Of a stretch of DNA of 64,000 nt, positions 59,820-64,000 are shown in pieces. The translations under genes and the position numbers were made by a program. This stretch comes from Halocafeteria seosinensis (taxonomy: Eukaryota), in NCBI GenBank assembly GCA_001687465.1, contig LVLI01000148.1, positions 62,001 through 126,000 of the forward strand, read 5' to 3'. How positions within the stretch are numbered: position 1 is the stretch's first letter; every line of letters begins with the position of its first letter. The notes under the pieces were generated by a model. That model had not been told where the DNA came from, did not search any database, and saw only the letters and a list, made by a program, of their open reading frames with translations.

Positions 59820-62800
59820 ATGAGCACTCCAGCGAACCAAGGAACAGGGGCACGGACGCGCATGGAAACGGATTCTGGGAGGAGAAACGGAAAAACGACG
59901 CCTGCAAGTAGCCCCAGCAAGAGTTCAAATAGGGAGAGTGGAGATTGGTTCCGGTGGATACGAGAGTACCCAAAGCACTGGGAGATTCCGCCTCGATTTT
60001 TTTACGCTTCAGTTATTGTGCCCATCGCACTTTTTGTCTTCTCCGCCAATGTTCGGGTCGAACTGGGTAACTTCGTTCTCCGACAATTTACAATTTTCCC
60101 CGCTCTGATTTATGCAGCTCACGATGCTTGGGTTGTTTGCAACAGTGTGCATTACGAAGGAGCGTTCGATGCTCCAGTGAATTACAATGCCACCAATGTG
60201 TCAAGTGAATTTGCTATGGAGGAATGGGCAAAGCAAATCACCGCTCAAATCAACCCGCATCCTGACTTGGGAAATTCCCCCTTTTCCGCCTTTCTATGTG
60301 TATTCGTAGCTGCTGTGACGTTTCCGGTATGGAGCTCAGTAGTAGAAAAATCTATTATGTATTTCAAGAGTAAATTTTTGCTCAGAGAAGATGCGAGTGC
60401 TGTACTGGTACGTAAGCGAATGGAAACGATTTGTTTCTCGATGTCTCATCCTTATTTGTCGCTACAGACAATGATAATGAAACCATTGGCAAGAGTTTTG
60501 TCTTCTAAGCTGGCAGTGGAAACTATTTCATTGGTTTCATGCCTTGTGTTTTACTGGTTGTTTCAGTACCCTTCACAAGCCTTCTCGATCGCCCGCTCAC
60601 CCCCGGTGGCGGTGCCTGGACGTAGCAACAGCGGCGATGTGTGGAATTCCAGCATATTATCACCTTACAAGTCGTACGACATTCGACAGTGGCTAGAATC
60701 GAAGTTTATTCCGATTTCAATCAGTGATCCCGGCTTGCTGTCTCAAAACCCGGCGGATTTACCGGGAAAGGGTAGTGTTAATTTTGAGAGGTGGCAGTTT
60801 ACTGTCTCCGTAATTTTTTGGTGTGTACCATTGCTGTACCGATATGCTGTCAAATCTAAGACCGTCGAGACTCCTTGGATTTTCGACAAGCTTTCTGTGG
60901 GTGTATACTGGTTTGCCAATGGGTTGTTTTCAATATACCCGGTACTTCTTGAAAATGGTCTCTCTGTCTTCCAGGGAGTGTTGATGGCACTTCAGCTGGT
61001 GTTTCCGGTAGTCTTTCTTGGTTTCGTGATTGACCGGTTGCCTGCTCTTCTGGAGGTTTCGTCGAAGGTCAGCAGCGGCAGCGGTAATCAGAAAATGCTG
61101 CAGATGTTTAATATTGCTACTCGCCTGGTGTTTGTCTTATTAACGGTTTTGTTGTTGGGGGTGCCCCTTGGCAGACAGCTAGGATATGCATTACTCCTGG
61201 GCACCAGATCTTCAGCCACCCCCGTGACGACACGGTTGTTTGAAATGGGGCTCCTCCTTGTCTTTTTCTACATACTTTACCTGTATCTTGCTGCCATATA
61301 TTGGCTGTACTACCAATCACCGTTTTTCAAAATCGCTTGGAATCGACCCAGCAACTTGGCCTTTCACGTAAGTTGTCGCGGTGCTACCTGGCACATGCGT
61401 TACTAATCTGTTAATAATGTGCTGCAGAGGTTCGGGCGAGACGATTCATTCCTGTCGAAGGTCTCAGAAATTATGCATAGAGAGCACGATGAAGCGTATT
61501 GGGAAACTCTTGCCAACATTGCATCGATTGGAGTGACCGACCTAGAGGATGAGACGATTGTACTAGACGCAGACCTTGGAACTGACAATGAAAGCAGTCG
61601 TGATTTGAGACTGGCGCGAATTCGTATAAATGGCTGTGCAGCAAGTGCTGCTGGCTCTTTAGATCTTTTTGAAATCACAATTGGAGGAAGGCCGCGGAAC
61701 GTTAACTCCCCAACACGGATTTCTGATATACATGTGAGGCCGCATCGACGTGATGATAAAATTACAGTAAGAATAATCATTACCCTGAAGGCGCAATTTT
61801 TTCAATTGGCTTCCGCGTATATGAAAGAGTTCGCCGGCCGACAGGGCCCCCGGGTTATGCGCTATTTTTTTGGTGGAGAGGATGCAGACGAGACCGCTCT
61901 AAATTCGGTAAACGTTACAGCGAATTTCACTAGAAACCTGTCATCTGACTCCATATTTAAGAGCGTTTTACCTGATATACCGCTTAATATCTTCTCGGCG
62001 GTCCGAACATTGACCACGAAAGGAGAATCTATTTGGGACTGCACCAGTGACGTAAAAGACATCATCGGAGACGACATCACAGACCGAGTGCAAAATGGTT
62101 TGGACGACCTTAGTGATGGGTTGCAGGGCCTAATATCAGAAGATATTATGCAAGTGCAGCAAGAGTTGGGAGATATGCGCGAAAGCGTTGAACACGATGC
62201 AATCAAGTCAAGGTTGGAGCGCATTGAGAAAGTTTTGCAAGAGTTCATAGACCGTCCTCCAGCAACGCGGCGTGACGTGTCAAACTTACTAAAGCGCTCT
62301 CTTGCAAGTTCATGGAACCTTTATAAGCAAATAAAGAAACTAAAACAAGACGGAAAGACGGCAGATATATCGGCAGAGACGCGGCGGTCAGACGAGATGG
62401 TCAACTATTTATTTGGACTCTTAAGGAAGGTGATCACAAAGACACTGCCGCTTGTGCTGCATCAGGCTCTTTCAGAAGCAATGACCGCCCCTTCAATGCA
62501 AGGCCTGTTTTCAGATCTCGATCACGTGACGGCAGCCCAAGGCGGTCTTACGGCTCAGATGAAATTCTTGCTGCTCAGTGCCGTTGGACTGTGTTACATC
62601 GCGTTCCAAGGTGAAGAACGAACCGATGTACTCTCGGAGGGTGGTATTGAAAATGGCGCTAACGACGGCGAGGGAGACACTACAGGCCGCAGAGGGAGCG
62701 AAGCTGCTCATCAACAACCTGATAATAGTAATAGCGTGCGAGCTTCTGCGCCGCAAGCCTCTGTGTCCGGTGGAATTGGGTGGAGCGCAGTGGATTCTAC

Positions 62801-62912
62801 AGCTACGGTGTCATCTTCTGAGCAAACACCCACTTGTTCGACCGCAGACTCCGTAGAAACCAGTTACGGTGCGACCCAAGAAAATACTTCAGTCCAGGGG
62901 ATAGAAGCGTAA
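59820..62912 (+). CDS. Multi-pass membrane protein of unknown family, paralog B; introns 61368-61427 and probably 60408-60467
   Basis: Hydrophobic ORF 59808-61406 splices in phase 0 to ORF 61419-62912; shares motifs with paralog A. Confidence 0.75.
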
Positions 62913-63326
62913 CTTTCGTTCACCATGTTGCTCGTTGAATCTTGTAAACATCGTATTTAGTCCAACTCAGGTGGTAACTCTCAAAGGAGAAGTATAAATA
63001 CAGTAGGTGAACGACAGTTCCAACAGAGGTGTATTTCAGACGCCACGAGCAGTCCCACTTAAGCTACTTCCATCGTGTATATCCTGAAACACTTTTTGTA
63101 ACTGTAAGTGAATTACAACACTAGCGCGTGCATAGCAACCAAAGAAATCCACACCTAGAGTCACTCTGATCCTGGATGTCAACCGAGGTATACGGTTGTT
63201 CGCTTGAAATTTCAGGGGATACTTTGTGTCAGTGAAATTCCTCTTTCCGATTGTTCAGTATTGGAGCAACGCACTCAAATTGAGGAAGGCAATTTTCTTC
63301 CTTCATGCTCTCGGTTCAACTTCCAA

Positions 63327-64000
63327 TCAGAAATCAATACGAGACCCGGCCAGTTCGTGATCCGACCTGCTCGTTTCCCCAGCGAGCTCCATTGTAACAG
63401 GCATAGGTTTTTCGTTGACGAAAGCTGCAATGTTCTGCATAGCCTTTGCATAGGAAGGATCCTTAGTGGCTTGAAGGAGGGCTGCATTGGAGTCCCAGCC
63501 AGTAACACTGGTAACTTGCAACTCGTTCCTGTCAATCCACAATTGAGCAAATCGGAATCCCGGTTGATGCTGGTACGCCGCAACAACAGTGGTGTTGTAT
63601 TCACGGACTAACGCATCCAAATCATCCTCAGAGTTTGCTGTAGTTGTGGATGATCTCACTGCGCACAAACAACATCCCACAAGACTTCAATTGCAATCTG
63701 CAATCGTATCGGGCTGAGGCTCGAACTTACCTATTCCTGGTGTGGTCCGGTGTTCAAATTTCGCTGTGGCATGTTCATGCAAGGGTTGTGCTCGAATCCT
63801 CCGTGAATCCTTTCCTTGGTTTCCATCCCATAATTCATGGCCACGCCATCGCTCCTTTTGATGATGATTTGGTTCGTTCGATCGATCAACCTGGTAGCCG
63901 GGAGCTTGCGCATCAAACCACATATCTTCTTCCGCCTTCGGCGGTACCGCGTGGATGGAACTAGGCTTCACTCGTTTTCGAGGTCTATTTACGCGTGCTT
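63327..64000 (-). CDS. Protein with a C-terminal ABM/dimeric alpha-beta-barrel-like domain; 5' partial; intron 63659-63730
   Basis: Segment YNTTVVAAYQHQPGFRFAQLWIDR..VTSVTGWDSNAAL fits the QPGF...W[DE]S pattern. The upstream exon frame stays open to the window edge and the splice is in phase. Confidence 0.55.

Overview
A gene-dense eukaryotic nuclear window, not a prokaryotic one. Short GT-AG introns (about 58-90 nt) restore reading frames throughout, and many intergenic gaps are only 0-60 bp. The gene content (a JHY-like ciliary protein, a MORN-repeat protein, an AP2 domain, a plant-type Deg protease) suggests a flagellated protist, possibly a stramenopile; that assignment is inference only. 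About 26 protein genes are supported. They include RIO2, NOC2, UTP4, a RING protein, RPS8, a tandem-chromodomain+AP2 protein, a MORN protein, a rhomboid protease, an LMBR1-family protein, a lipase maturation factor-like protein, a USE1-like SNARE, an alpha/beta hydrolase, a TH1/PH+9xLIM protein, two PP2Cs, a JHY-like protein, a bacterial-type cis-prenyltransferase with a long N-terminal extension, a Deg/HtrA protease, a bacterial-looking VOC gene, two tandem paralogous multi-TM genes, an ABM-like partial gene and several hypotheticals. The most interesting unexplained signals are: a ~250-nt closed multi-branched RNA-like structure just upstream of RPS8; a probable bacterial-to-eukaryote VOC transfer; unusual domain fusions (chromo-chromo-AP2, TH1-helical-9xLIM, extended UppS); a ribosome-biogenesis gene cluster; a mosaic dispersed-repeat region at 47-49 kb; and convergent genes whose stop codons abut. 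All family calls come from motif recognition by eye; no searches were run.
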